From contig CP060767.1 in the NCBI GenBank assembly GCA_023205875.1, forward strand, positions 62,001 to 126,000: a stretch of 64,000 nt of DNA, written 5' to 3'. The number at the start of each line of letters is the position of its first letter. Position 1 is the first letter of the stretch. The notes under the pieces were generated by a model. The model did not search any database. It had not been told where the DNA came from and saw nothing but the letters and a program-made list of their open reading frames with translations. This document shows, piece after piece, positions 34,831 to 44,243 of the stretch. This DNA is from Chloropicon primus. Lineage: Eukaryota. Both the position numbers and the translations under genes were made by a program.

Positions 34831-35689
34831 CTACAAGACCCCGGCAACGTAGCTCGCTTCGATTTCCTCCACACTGCTCAAGCCCAGGCCCTTGAGGAGG
34901 TCGAGGAGGCTCGCCGCGGAGGGCCTGAGGCCCGGGTCGGGCGTCAGCATCCGCTTCAGGGCCGCCGTCAGGAGTTCCGAGCCCCCCGAGGGAGGGTGGA
35001 CGACCTCGACCTTGGGACTCGACCGGATTTCCTCGTAGATGTCCGCCGCCGAGGTGCTCTGGAACGGGAACTCCGCGTACCGCAACCGGTACACCGCGAC
35101 CCCCAGCGCCCAGACGTCCGCCTTGGTGCCGCTGTAGGGCTCCCCCGTGCAGCACTCGGGGGCGGTGTACGCCGGCGTTCCGGGGGAGCGCGTCACGCGG
35201 TCGTCCCGGCCGTCGAAGCGGAAGCTGGACCCAAAGTCCACGATTTTGACGACGGCGCGGCCGCTCGAGGAGGAGACCAGGAGGTGCTCCACCTTGAGGT
35301 CCCCGTGGACGACGCCCTGGCCGTGCACGAGGGCCAGCCCCGCCGCGGCCTGGCACACCACGTCGAGGAGGTGCGCCTCCCTGGCTCCCGAGCAGAGCGA
35401 GTCGGGAAGCGAGTCGAGCGCGGGGGACCCCGCGTGCTCCAGGCAGATGTACAGCTTGTCGCACGCCGGGTCGTCGATCACCTCCACGAGCCTGGCCAGG
35501 TTCGGGTGCCTCGGCAGGGAGGACAGCACCGATATCTCGTGGAGCACCACGTCCAGGGCCGAGGCCGAGGACAGGGAGGACGGGGCCGAGGGCCGAGGAT
35601 CGAGGGACGTGACCTTCTTCCTCTGAAGCACCACCTTGTTGACGACCTAGATGAAGATGGTGAAGATGGTGAAGATGGTGAAGATGAAG

Positions 35690-35720
<31 letters not shown>

Positions 35721-36187
35721 TGTTGTTGTTGATGTCAGAAAGGACGTTGACTTTGGGTGGTTGTCTGTATGGACTCCGCGTTCCTCGTGGCTCGCTCGTG
35801 GCGTGTGTGCGTGTTCCCTTGTGCGTGTTGTATGGCTCAGATAGGGGTGAAAGACTAAAAGTTTTTGTAGTTTTTATTCGTCATCGCTAGAGGACCGGCC
35901 CCCGCCAGCCCCCCAAAGACCTCATATGAACTATGCAGCATCACTGCCGTACAACACAACACAACACAGCACCACCACCACCACGACGGAGGACGACGGA
36001 GGAGGAGGAGGAAGAAAGCGCTTACCTTGACGGCGTAGAGTCGGCCGGATGCCTCGTAGAGCTTCACCCTTCCGTAGGATCCCGCCCCGAGGTGGGCGAG
36101 GTACTTGTAGTTGTTCAAGTACTTGACGCCGGTGCGAGGGTCCTTGCGCTTGTGGACCACACCCGTGCGGATCGCGGAGTCGCTCAT
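34831..36187 (-). CDS. CAMKK/GRIK-like protein kinase, complement join(36026..36187,34831..35634)
   Basis: KYLNNY...LGAGSYGRVKL, AVK, HPNLARLVEVIDDP..DKLY, HGDLK, DFG, RSPGTPAYTAPECC, ADVWALGV. Confidence 0.85.
35834..35948 (-). ncRNA. Intronic C/D box snoRNA, snR60/U80-like, dual guide for LSU rRNA
   Basis: Minus strand: GGC stem, GTGATGC (C), GCATAGTTCAT guide, ATGA (D'), CGATGA (C'), TAGTCTTTCACCCCTAT guide, CTGA (D), GCC. Guides complement conserved LSU segments UGAACUAUGC and AUAGGGGCGAAAGACUA (one mismatch). Confidence 0.85.
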
Positions 36188-36325
36188 CTTCCGTCGTGGA
36201 GCCCGCCCGCGAACCTCGCGCCGCTGCCGACCAGCGGCGACGATCGTCCGCGCGCGACTGAGCGAGGCGCCGCCAGCCCGCGAACGCCGCCAGCCCGCGG
36301 ACGCCACGAAACGAATGTGCGAAGT

Positions 36326-36350
36326 ACTATTTATGTAGCGTAATATACAT
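36326..36350 (+). promoter_or_regulatory. AT-rich TATA-like tract upstream of the permuted tRNA
   Basis: TACTATTTATGTAGCGTAATATACA in GC-rich context, 25-45 nt upstream of the tRNA leader. Confidence 0.5.
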
Positions 36351-36384
36351 TCCACGTTGTTCCATTCCTGAACATGGCATGGCT

Positions 36385-36475
36385 CCCGGGCGACCCGGGT
36401 TCGAGTCCCGGCGTGGGAACGAAAAGAAGAACAGGCTCCCACGTAGTATAGTCTGGTTAGTATACCCGGCTTTCA
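36385..36475 (+). tRNA. Circularly permuted tRNA-Glu(UUC): 3' half 36385..36419, 17-nt spacer, 5' half 36437..36475
   Basis: Reordered halves give a complete cloverleaf: acceptor TCCCACG/CGTGGGA+A, D arm, anticodon stem CCCGG/CCGGG with loop CT-TTC-AC, T arm CCGGG-TTCGAGT-CCCGG. Leader ATGGCATGGCT pairs with trailer CGCCAT to form a BHB. Confidence 0.95.
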
Positions 36476-36480
36476 CGCCA

Positions 36481-36485
36481 TTTTT
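36481..36485 (+). terminator. Pol III oligo-T terminator
   Basis: TTTTT five nt after the 5' tRNA half. Confidence 0.75.
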
Positions 36486-36512
36486 GCTCCGTGAGACAAG
36501 GGTTCTGTGAGA

Positions 36513-36606
36513 GACGTTAATTATACAAGGGTCACAACGAGATCGTGACGGCGGAGGACGACGACGGCGACTGACGTTAGTTATACAAGGGTCACAACGA
36601 GATCGT
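36513..36606. repeat. 34-bp direct repeat with 60-bp period (GACGTTARTTATACAAGGGTCACAACGAGATCGT)
   Basis: Copies at 36513 and 36573 differ by one base. Confidence 0.9.
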
Positions 36607-36694
36607 TGATCGTAACGGCGGAGGAGGACGACGACGACGAGGACGGCGAGGACGACGACGGCGACGAGGACGACGACGAGGACGACGACGACGA

Positions 36695-36741
<47 letters not shown>

Positions 36742-36742
<1 letters not shown>

Positions 36743-37440
36743 TGGCGGCGAGAGAAGGGGTGGCCACGCTGAAGGAGCTGGAGCTGGAGTTGTGCTTGCT
36801 TCACTTGGAGGAAAACCTTGGCGGAGTGAAGGGGGCGGTGGCCAGGGTGTCGAGACTCCCGCGAAAGGGAGGGCGTGAAGCTTAGCCTCTGGATACTCAC
36901 CAAGCTGAACGTGGTTCGGAGCTACCTGTGCACGAGTCTGTTGAGCGGAGTGGAGGAGAAGCGCTTCATCTACATGCTGGACACGGACTACGCCTTCGTG
37001 CTGACGAGGTTGCCGAACTTGATGCTCGAGGTATGGTCCGACTTGGGCAAGGTCGGGGAGTACGTCCTGGAGGCCCTGATCTTCCGCGGCAGGCTGAGCA
37101 GAAGCGAAGCGGTCGGCGTGAGCAAGGGGCTGTGCGAGGAAGCGGAGCTCCAGTTAGGCTTCGGCCCGGACGACTTTGGCGAGGCGTTCGACAGGCTGGT
37201 GACGATGCATTACGTGGAGAGGGTGCCCTCGGCTCAGCTCCCCCCGCCGTGGGAGCTGACCACCGTCGAGGAGAGCATGAAGCGGGTGCAGAGGAAGGCC
37301 AAGGCGGCTTACGACAGGATGCTCAGGGAGAGGTTCGAGCTCGACTTGGGAGAGCGCGAGGAGTCCAGCGTGCTGTGGAGGGTCAAGGCCCAGGAGTTCC
37401 ACGACCGCTTCCTCTGGAGCCTCACTCTGGCAAGGCAAGC
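36742..37440 (+). pseudogene. Frameshifted, 3'-truncated RNA polymerase III subunit RPC82/RPC3 (POLR3C) copy
   Basis: ATG 36742 frame (ELELCLLHLEENLG..VARV) stops near 36885; homology continues in the +1 frame (VKLSLWILTKLNVV, GEYVLEALIFRGRL, AFDRLVTMHYVERVP, LWRVKAQEFH) and ends ~240 bp before the convergent EBP2 stop. Confidence 0.65.
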
Positions 37441-37675
37441 CTCTTTTAAAAACACGCGCAAGCGCACAGACGGATGGATCGACCTTACCTTCTCTTCTCT
37501 TTGCGGGACACCACACCCCTCATCTCCTGATCGATCGCAACATCGCGGAACGAACGATTTAAATATAAATAGACGACAGATCTCCTCTTTTTACAGTTCT
37601 TTCCTTCATCCTCTCTGTTTTGTTCTTGCTGCTGCTGGTCGTCGTCGTTTCTTCTTACCCGCCCAACTCACTCAC

Positions 37676-38581
37676 TCACTTCCCCCCCCTCGCCTTCATC
37701 CGCCTCGCCTTTCCAGGCCTCAGCTGACCCTTCTTCTTCTTCGCCACCCCGCCCGATGCCCCCCCCCTCTTCTCCCCCCCGGCGGCGTACTTGCCGAAGC
37801 GTCCCTGCCTCCACCCGCTGTCGTCCGCGCTCGACGCCGCGTCGTTCTGCTTCTGGATCTTCTTCCTCCCCCCGAACCCGAACTTCTTGTCCCTGGCCTC
37901 CCTCTTCTTGGACTTGGTCTTGCCAGAAAAGATCCTCGTCCCCGCGGCCTGCTTCGGCTTGCGGTTCCCGAACACCCCCTCCATCGCCTCCTCGTAGTCC
38001 TCCTCCCCGCCGTCGTCGTAGCCTCCCTTCGCCCTCTGCTTCCTCCACTTGTCCAGGTCGCTGATCTGCTTGTTCTTGGCCTGGGCGCGCTCCTTGAGCT
38101 TCTCCGCCTGGACCTGCTTGGCGTACTTCTTCGCCTCCCTCTGCTTCCTCCTCTCCTCCTGCTCCTCGCTCAGCTTCTTCTCGTACAGCAACTTCTCCTT
38201 CACGCGCTTCATGTGGTGGTCGCTCTTCACCATCTCCGCCAGGTAGTCGTCCGGACGGCGCCACTTGGTGCCGCTGGCGTCGAACTTCTCCACGGAATCC
38301 CTCACCGCGCCCAGAGCCTGCTCGTAAAACGCAACCTCCCTCTCCGCGTCGTCGTGCACCACGCTCGCCTCCATCGGATCCCGGTCGCTCGAGGTGCACA
38401 CCAGCGTGTCCTCCCACGGGGTCCCGTCCACTCGACCGAACTCCTCCAAGCGCTCGTGCATCGCCTCCACGTTGTACACGTAAACCTTCTTCTCCTCCTC
38501 CTCCTTCCCGAGACCCAACGCCGCCCTCTCCAACGCAAGCTCCTCGTCGCTATCCATCTCCATCTCCATCTCACCCTTCAT
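37676..38581 (-). CDS. EBP2: rRNA-processing protein EBP2
   Basis: DDAEREVAFYEQAL, RPDDYLAEMVKSDHHMKRVK, KKREARDKKFGFGGRK, RPGKARR. Confidence 0.96.
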   Translation of the reverse strand: MKGEMEMEMDSDEELALERAALGLGKEEEEKKVYVYNVEAMHERLEEFGRVDGTPWEDTLVCTSSDRDPMEASVVHDDAEREVAFYEQALGAVRDSVEKFDASGTKWRRPDDYLAEMVKSDHHMKRVKEKLLYEKKLSEEQEERRKQREAKKYAKQVQAEKLKERAQAKNKQISDLDKWRKQRAKGGYDDGGEEDYEEAMEGVFGNRKPKQAAGTRIFSGKTKSKKREARDKKFGFGGRKKIQKQNDAASSADDSGWRQGRFGKYAAGGEKRGGASGGVAKKKKGQLRPGKARRMKARGGK

Positions 38582-39017
38582 CCTCCTTCCTCTCTTCCCT
38601 GTCCGCTCAGTTCGGCGCCGTTTCCTTCGAGCGATGGCTCTTTCGAAAGATCAAGAAATGATCCTTCCGTCTGCGTACTCTCCTTCCGCTCTCTCCGATC
38701 GCCACAACCCGTAATCCTCGTCTCTTTCCCCTCCCTCGCTGGCGGCGGCTGCTTCTGCTTTTCTCCCAGATCTTCTTCGAAGCATTTCAGCCATGGCGCC
38801 AGGCAATGGCGTCGGCGTCCGCAACCTCGGAGAGGACACGAACACGAGGAAGTGGTGATCATGGTGGAGACGAGAGAGGGAAAGACCAGCGAATTAATGA
38901 ATCTTGTCTCATTACTTTTTTACGTCAGGTTCATCCTTTATTCTATTCTCTTTTCATGGTTATCATACATCACACTCGCGTTGCGCTCGCCCCAACCCAA
39001 CCCCACAATACCATTCC

Positions 39018-40091
39018 TTAAACCACCCAAACGCACCCCTCGCTCCTCAACCATTCCAGAACGTCCCAGCGCTCGTTCATCGCCGCGCTCGAGCAGATCT
39101 CCCTCTCGTTCCAGGGGCACCCCTCGCTCCGGAGCCACTTGAGGACGTCGAGGTTCCCTTCCTCCGCAGCGTACTCGCAGGCGTACTTGTCCCAGTCGCA
39201 CCCCTCGCTCCTCAACCATTCCAGAACGTCCCGGTGCCCGCCTTTGGCGGCGTGCGCGCAAGTCGCGGCGTGCCACGGGCAGCCCTCCCTCCGCAGCCAC
39301 CGGAGGACATCGATACGGCCGGTCAAGGCCGCGTAGTGGCAGCAAGAGGCGCCCCAAGGGCAAGGCGGGTCCTGGCTCCGCAGCCACTGCAGGACATCGA
39401 GGTGGCCCTCTTTCGCGGCGTACGCGGCGGTCTCGAAGTTCCAGGGGCAGGGTGGCTCCTGGCTCCGAAGCCACTTTAGGAGCTCCAGGTGATTTCCCTT
39501 GGCCGCCTGGACGCAGACATCCGGGTGCCAGCCGCACCCCTCGCCCCTCACAAACTGCATGACTTCGAGACTGCCCCCGAGGGCGGCGTTGTAGCAGGCG
39601 TAAGAGTCCAAGCTCTCGACGAGGGAGCATCCCTGCTCCTTGAACCACTTAAGGATGGAAAGCTGGCCCCCCGCAGCCGCCGAAGCCCCGACAAGCCACT
39701 CGTCAAAGTCCAGAGGGATCCCTTGGCTCACCAGCCACTTCATCACCTTCTTGCTGCCCTGGAAAGCGGCGACGTGCATCAGGTGGCCGTCGTGAAGCGC
39801 GGGCCTTGCGGCTAAGTTCAGGAGCGCCCTCGCCGAGAAGGGCATCCGGTCCCACCGTATCCTCTTGAAGCTCAGGTACACCCACTTGTACCACTCCAGG
39901 CCGAACCCTGGCTTCCTCTTCAGCAGGCTCTCCCTCCTCAGGTCCGTCGTGAGCGGTCTCCCCTCCGGCCTTCGCAGCTCCTGGCTCGCCCTCCTGAAAG
40001 CCTTGCACGCCAGAGAGAACGCAAGGTGGTCGTTCCCTTCCAGGTGCTTGGCCACCTCCAGCAGCATCCCGTAGTCCCACTCCATCGACAT
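39018..40091 (-). CDS. F-box-like plus ankyrin-like repeat protein (GHL.VL.WLRS.GCPW family)
   Basis: N-terminal LLEVAKHL...LAFSLACKAFR followed by about eight repeats of AA.GG.L.VL.WLRS..C.W. Confidence 0.85.
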   Translation of the reverse strand: MSMEWDYGMLLEVAKHLEGNDHLAFSLACKAFRRASQELRRPEGRPLTTDLRRESLLKRKPGFGLEWYKWVYLSFKRIRWDRMPFSARALLNLAARPALHDGHLMHVAAFQGSKKVMKWLVSQGIPLDFDEWLVGASAAAGGQLSILKWFKEQGCSLVESLDSYACYNAALGGSLEVMQFVRGEGCGWHPDVCVQAAKGNHLELLKWLRSQEPPCPWNFETAAYAAKEGHLDVLQWLRSQDPPCPWGASCCHYAALTGRIDVLRWLRREGCPWHAATCAHAAKGGHRDVLEWLRSEGCDWDKYACEYAAEEGNLDVLKWLRSEGCPWNEREICSSAAMNERWDVLEWLRSEGCVWVV

Positions 40092-40572
40092 CAGCATCAG
40101 CAGCAGCAGCAGCAGCAGCAAAGCTGCTTCATGCCAACACAAAAACCTAAATTCAGGTTCTCCCAAGATAAATACGTTCGGGTCCACGATACGGTCACGG
40201 TCAGCTCGATGCGGCGCCTAGACCCCTCGCCCTTCCCCCCCTCCCTCTCCCTCTCGTTCGTCCTTCCGCTTCCTCTGCTCGTCTCTCTCTCTCTCGTCTT
40301 CGCGCTCCTCCAATCCTCACCAGAGCGTCAAATCTTTCGAGCGAGGGCTCTTTCGAAAGCGCAAGACACGAAGCTTCCGCCCGTCCGGTCCTCCTCCTCC
40401 CTCTCCCTCCGCCATGCACTCCCACCCTCCTCTCTTCCCGCGGCGTCCTCCTCGTTCCCCTCTCTCGCCGTTTTTTTTTGGCATTTTTTTGGCGGGAAGG
40501 AGGAAGAAGGACGGAGGAAGGACGACGACGGTTTGAGTTTGGTTTGGGTTTGGTTTGCGTGAGTGGAGGAGG

Positions 40573-41214
40573 ATGTGCGACACGAGGGAGCGTTACCGGC
40601 GCCAGTGGTACCAGAGTTATGACTCTGTCTCGGTGGAAGTCTTCGTCAAAGGTACGAAAGGGATGCCTGAAGGGAAAGTGAGGACGAGGTTTGAGGAAAG
40701 GAGTTTGTGTTTGGAGGTTGAGGATGGGCATGAGGATGGACCCTACAGGTTGGTGCTCGCCCTGATGGGGGAGATCAAGCCGGAGGAGACCAAGGTGGAG
40801 CTCCTGTCAACCAAGGTGGAGATGAAGCTGGTGAAGAAGGAGGGTGGCGTGCAGTGGAGTGACCTCGAGGAAGGGCAAGGGACTGCTGGGGTGGCGAGGG
40901 TGATGGCTGATGGGTCGTCCTCGGCGGAGGCTGCGGCGGGGGAGAAGAAGAAGAAGTCCCCCAAGGAATGGGCCGCCTTGGAAGCGGAGCTGACGGAGCT
41001 CGAGAAGGAGGACAAGCCGGAGGGCGAGGCCGCTCTGCAGGCCCTCTTCAAGGACATATACTCCAAGGCGGACGAGGACACCCAGAGGGCGATGATGAAG
41101 TCCTTCCAGGAGTCCAACGGGACCGTCCTGTCGACGAACTGGAACGAGGTCGGGCAAAAGAAAGTCGAAGTGCAGCCTCCGGATGGCATGACGGTGAAAA
41201 AGTACGAGCACTGA
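40573..41214 (+). CDS. SGT1: SGT1 co-chaperone (CS and SGS domains)
   Basis: YRRQWYQS, STKVEMKLVK, ALQALFKDIY..ADEDTQRAMMKSFQESNGTVLSTNW, PPDGM. Confidence 0.92.
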   Translation: MCDTRERYRRQWYQSYDSVSVEVFVKGTKGMPEGKVRTRFEERSLCLEVEDGHEDGPYRLVLALMGEIKPEETKVELLSTKVEMKLVKKEGGVQWSDLEEGQGTAGVARVMADGSSSAEAAAGEKKKKSPKEWAALEAELTELEKEDKPEGEAALQALFKDIYSKADEDTQRAMMKSFQESNGTVLSTNWNEVGQKKVEVQPPDGMTVKKYEH

Positions 41215-41536
41215 TCGACGACGACGACGCGCGCCCCTCTTCGCCCGTCAAGGGCTGGGGTCAACGAGACAAGGGTCCCACGGGATGAGTGAACGAACGG
41301 GTCCCTGCCATGCTGTTCACAGAATTTATTTATTTGTAAGCGACTGCTAGCAGTTTGTTTCGTTTAAGACATCGCTGCGACTCTGGAAAACCTGTCACCG
41401 CTCTCCAGCCGACCTTGCATGATTGTGCTTCACCCAGGAGGATGTCCCCGTCCCTCTTCAGCTCTTCCAGGGTCTCCGTCCTCAATCAGGGCAGGCACTC
41501 GACACATGGCTTCCTTGGACCTTCCTCCTTGACCGC

Positions 41537-42293
41537 TTACTTGGGCTTTGGACGAAAGACCTTGACGACGTCCTCGTTTCCCTCGAGCCTCGGGCCTCCG
41601 ATGAGGTCGATGCAGTAGGGAATCGCAGGAAACACGGCGTTGAGGCACATCCTCACTGCTGCAGGTTTCCCTGGGAGAGTCACAACCAGAGACTTGTGGA
41701 GGATCCCTGAACAAATAAAAAAAAAACACGTCAGTCCCATCCATCCATCCCTTCCTTCCTTCCTTCATCGAAGCGAAGCCAATTTGGTCCTTGTGACTTC
41801 TTACCTGCCGTCTGTCTCGACAGTATCGCGGTCGGGACGCCCTCGAGGAGGGAGGCTCTCCTCATCTCCTCCCCGAAACCAGGAAGGAGCTTGTGACACA
41901 CCTTCTCGATGGCCTCCGGCGTCACGTCCCTCGGTGCAGGACCCGTTCCTCCCGTCGTCACAATCAATGCGCTCCCTTTCTCCTCCGCGAGCTCCTTCAA
42001 CGTTCTCTCAATCACCTCAACACGAAACCGTTCGTCGTTTCATCCAACCAAGCCATCCAACCAAGCCATCAATCGATGCCATTGTTTTGTCAGCTGATCC
42101 TGTATTCCCTGGATTCCTCTCCTGCTCTGTTTGTTCTTACCTCTTGCTCGTCCGGGATGCAGGTGAGGATGTACTCGCATTCCGTAGCGATGTACTCCTT
42201 GAGAACCTCGCACACTCTCGGACCGGACTCGTCCTTGTACACGCCCTGCGATGCCCTGTCGCTTATCGTCACCACGCTCACCACAGGCGCCAT
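41537..42293 (-). CDS. mogA: Molybdopterin adenylyltransferase, stand-alone MogA/Cnx1G; complement join(42141..42293,41805..42015,41537..41706)
   Basis: VTISDRASQGVYKDESG, TTGGTGPAPRDVTPEA, AILSRQTAG, LPGKP, FPAIPYCIDLIGGP. Confidence 0.92.
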
Positions 42294-42294
42294 C

Positions 42295-42352
<58 letters not shown>

Positions 42353-42486
42353 GGAAACTGGAAAGATAGCATTGTCAGACCAAAAAAAAAAAGTAAAGAT
42401 TACAAGTGGTGTGATGGTGGCCGGGACAACCTTCCCTTCCCTTCCCTTCCCTTCCCCTTCCCCTTCCCTCCCTCTCAGTCCATCCA

Positions 42487-43734
42487 TCAATTAAAGTGTC
42501 TCGACATGGGCCGCCCCTGTTGCTTCTCCCTCTTTCTCTTCAGCCTCTGCTCGTACTCGTGGGAGTCGTCCACTTGGGTCAGCGTCCTCGCCAGGCTCTG
42601 CTTGGTTTTCAGGTACTGCTGGGAGTTGAACCAGCCCAGATCCTCGCGGTCGGGGTAGATGTTCGCCCCCTCGTGGAACCACGGGTGCGAGCAGGCCCTC
42701 TTGGACTTCATGCGGTTCTTTGGGTTCATGGACAGCAGGCCGCAGAGCAAGTCCAAGCACTCCTCGGTCATCCTGTGCTTGGCGAAGTTCTTCATGTGAC
42801 TCACGAACTCGTTCACGAACTTCTTCTTCCTTTGGTGCTCCTGATCGATCATCCTCTTGTAAAAGACAAAGTTCTCCACGCCGGGCCACTCCCTGTTCGT
42901 GGGTCGCCCGAACATCTTGAAGATCCTGAAAATCTGGTCGTTCTCCTCCTTCCCCGGGAGCAAAGGCTTGTCCAACAAAAGCTCCGCCATGATGCACCCC
43001 GCGGACCACATGTCCACGCCCTCGTCGTACTCGGCTCCGACCCTGTTGCTGGCGTTCCCGTCGTGCCCGAGCAGAAGCTCCGGGGGCCTGTACCACAGGG
43101 TAATGACCTTGGGGGTCATCCGAGACTTGTCTCCCATCTTCCTGGCCAACCCAAAGTCGGCGAGCTTCACGTCCCCCTTGATGTTCATCAGCACGTTGCT
43201 GCACTTCAAGTCCCTGTGGATGATCTTGTTCTTGTGGCAAGCGTTGAGCCCAGACAGGATCTGCCACATGATCAGCTTGATCTGCGGCAAGTCGAAGTGG
43301 CACGCTTTGTTGTCCCTTATTCCCGCCAAGTCGTGCTCCATGTACTCGAACACCATGTAGATCCCTCCCTTGTTGTCGTTCTCCGTCGTCGCTCTGCTCG
43401 TCACGATCTCCTTCAAGTTCACCACAAAGTCATCACTCCCGTTCGACTTCTCTCCCTTCCTCTTCCTCTCCTCCCGATCCGCCGTGAACTTGGAAAGCAG
43501 CTTGATCTCCCTGATGGCCGTGATCGGGAACCCATCCTTCTCGTTGTCCATCCGAAACTGCTTGGTTGCCACAAGGACGCCCTTGTCGTTCTTATCCTCC
43601 ATCTTATACACCTTGCCGTACATCCCTTCGCCCACTTGGCCCTTCATCTCGTAGCAGTCCTCCAGGGAACGAGACCCTGACGGTGCGCCCACAGGCGTCA
43701 GCGTCGGCAAGCTCAACTCCCCGTCCGCTCCCAT
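42487..43734 (-). CDS. CDKC: Cyclin-dependent kinase C (CDK9/12-like CTD kinase)
   Basis: GEGMYGKV, GFPITAIREIK, HRDLKCSN, DFGLAR, VITLWYRPPELLLG, SHEY tail. Confidence 0.93.
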   Translation of the reverse strand: MGADGELSLPTLTPVGAPSGSRSLEDCYEMKGQVGEGMYGKVYKMEDKNDKGVLVATKQFRMDNEKDGFPITAIREIKLLSKFTADREERKRKGEKSNGSDDFVVNLKEIVTSRATTENDNKGGIYMVFEYMEHDLAGIRDNKACHFDLPQIKLIMWQILSGLNACHKNKIIHRDLKCSNVLMNIKGDVKLADFGLARKMGDKSRMTPKVITLWYRPPELLLGHDGNASNRVGAEYDEGVDMWSAGCIMAELLLDKPLLPGKEENDQIFRIFKMFGRPTNREWPGVENFVFYKRMIDQEHQRKKKFVNEFVSHMKNFAKHRMTEECLDLLCGLLSMNPKNRMKSKRACSHPWFHEGANIYPDREDLGWFNSQQYLKTKQSLARTLTQVDDSHEYEQRLKRKREKQQGRPMSRHFN

Positions 43735-44243
43735 CTTCTCTCCCTCCTCCGCTGCACCTCTCTCCTCTCCTCCTCTCCTCCTCTTCGCCTCTTCGCCCTC
43801 TTCGCGTTCCACAGAATCCTCACCAGACCGCCGCTACCTTCGAGCGACCGCTCGTTCGAAAGAGCAAGAGACAACGCTTCCGCCTCCTTCCCTTCCCCTC
43901 GCACCCTCCCTCCCTGTCCCTCGCACCCTCCTCTCAAAAACTCTCGTCCCGTCCGCCTCCCTCGTCCTCGTCCCTCGATGATCGGAGAGCGCGCGCGCGG
44001 TGATCAGATCGATTGGCGGCTCGGCGGCTCCCTTCCGCAAGGGTAAGACTTTGGACGCGTCGTGGACGAGTCAGGGACGCGTTTTCGGGGCGGAAAGAGA
44101 CGTCAATCGAAAGAGCATCTCATCCTCTTTCGATCGATCATTCGCACGAAAAGAGTAACAAAAGATTGCGTCCATGAGAGACTCACGCCATGCCAATGGT
44201 TTTGCTTTTTTTTTTTTTCCCTAGGGATTGAGGGAGAGAGCAG

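Noticed and set aside
36385..36475. Reading the tRNA halves as two truncated tRNA pseudogenes
   Set aside because: The halves break exactly at 37/38 with fully complementary stems, a BHB-forming leader/trailer and a terminator, which fits a permuted gene much better.
36875..39142. 755-aa plus-strand ORF
   Set aside because: Chimera of the RPC82-like fragment, intergenic DNA and the antisense of EBP2.
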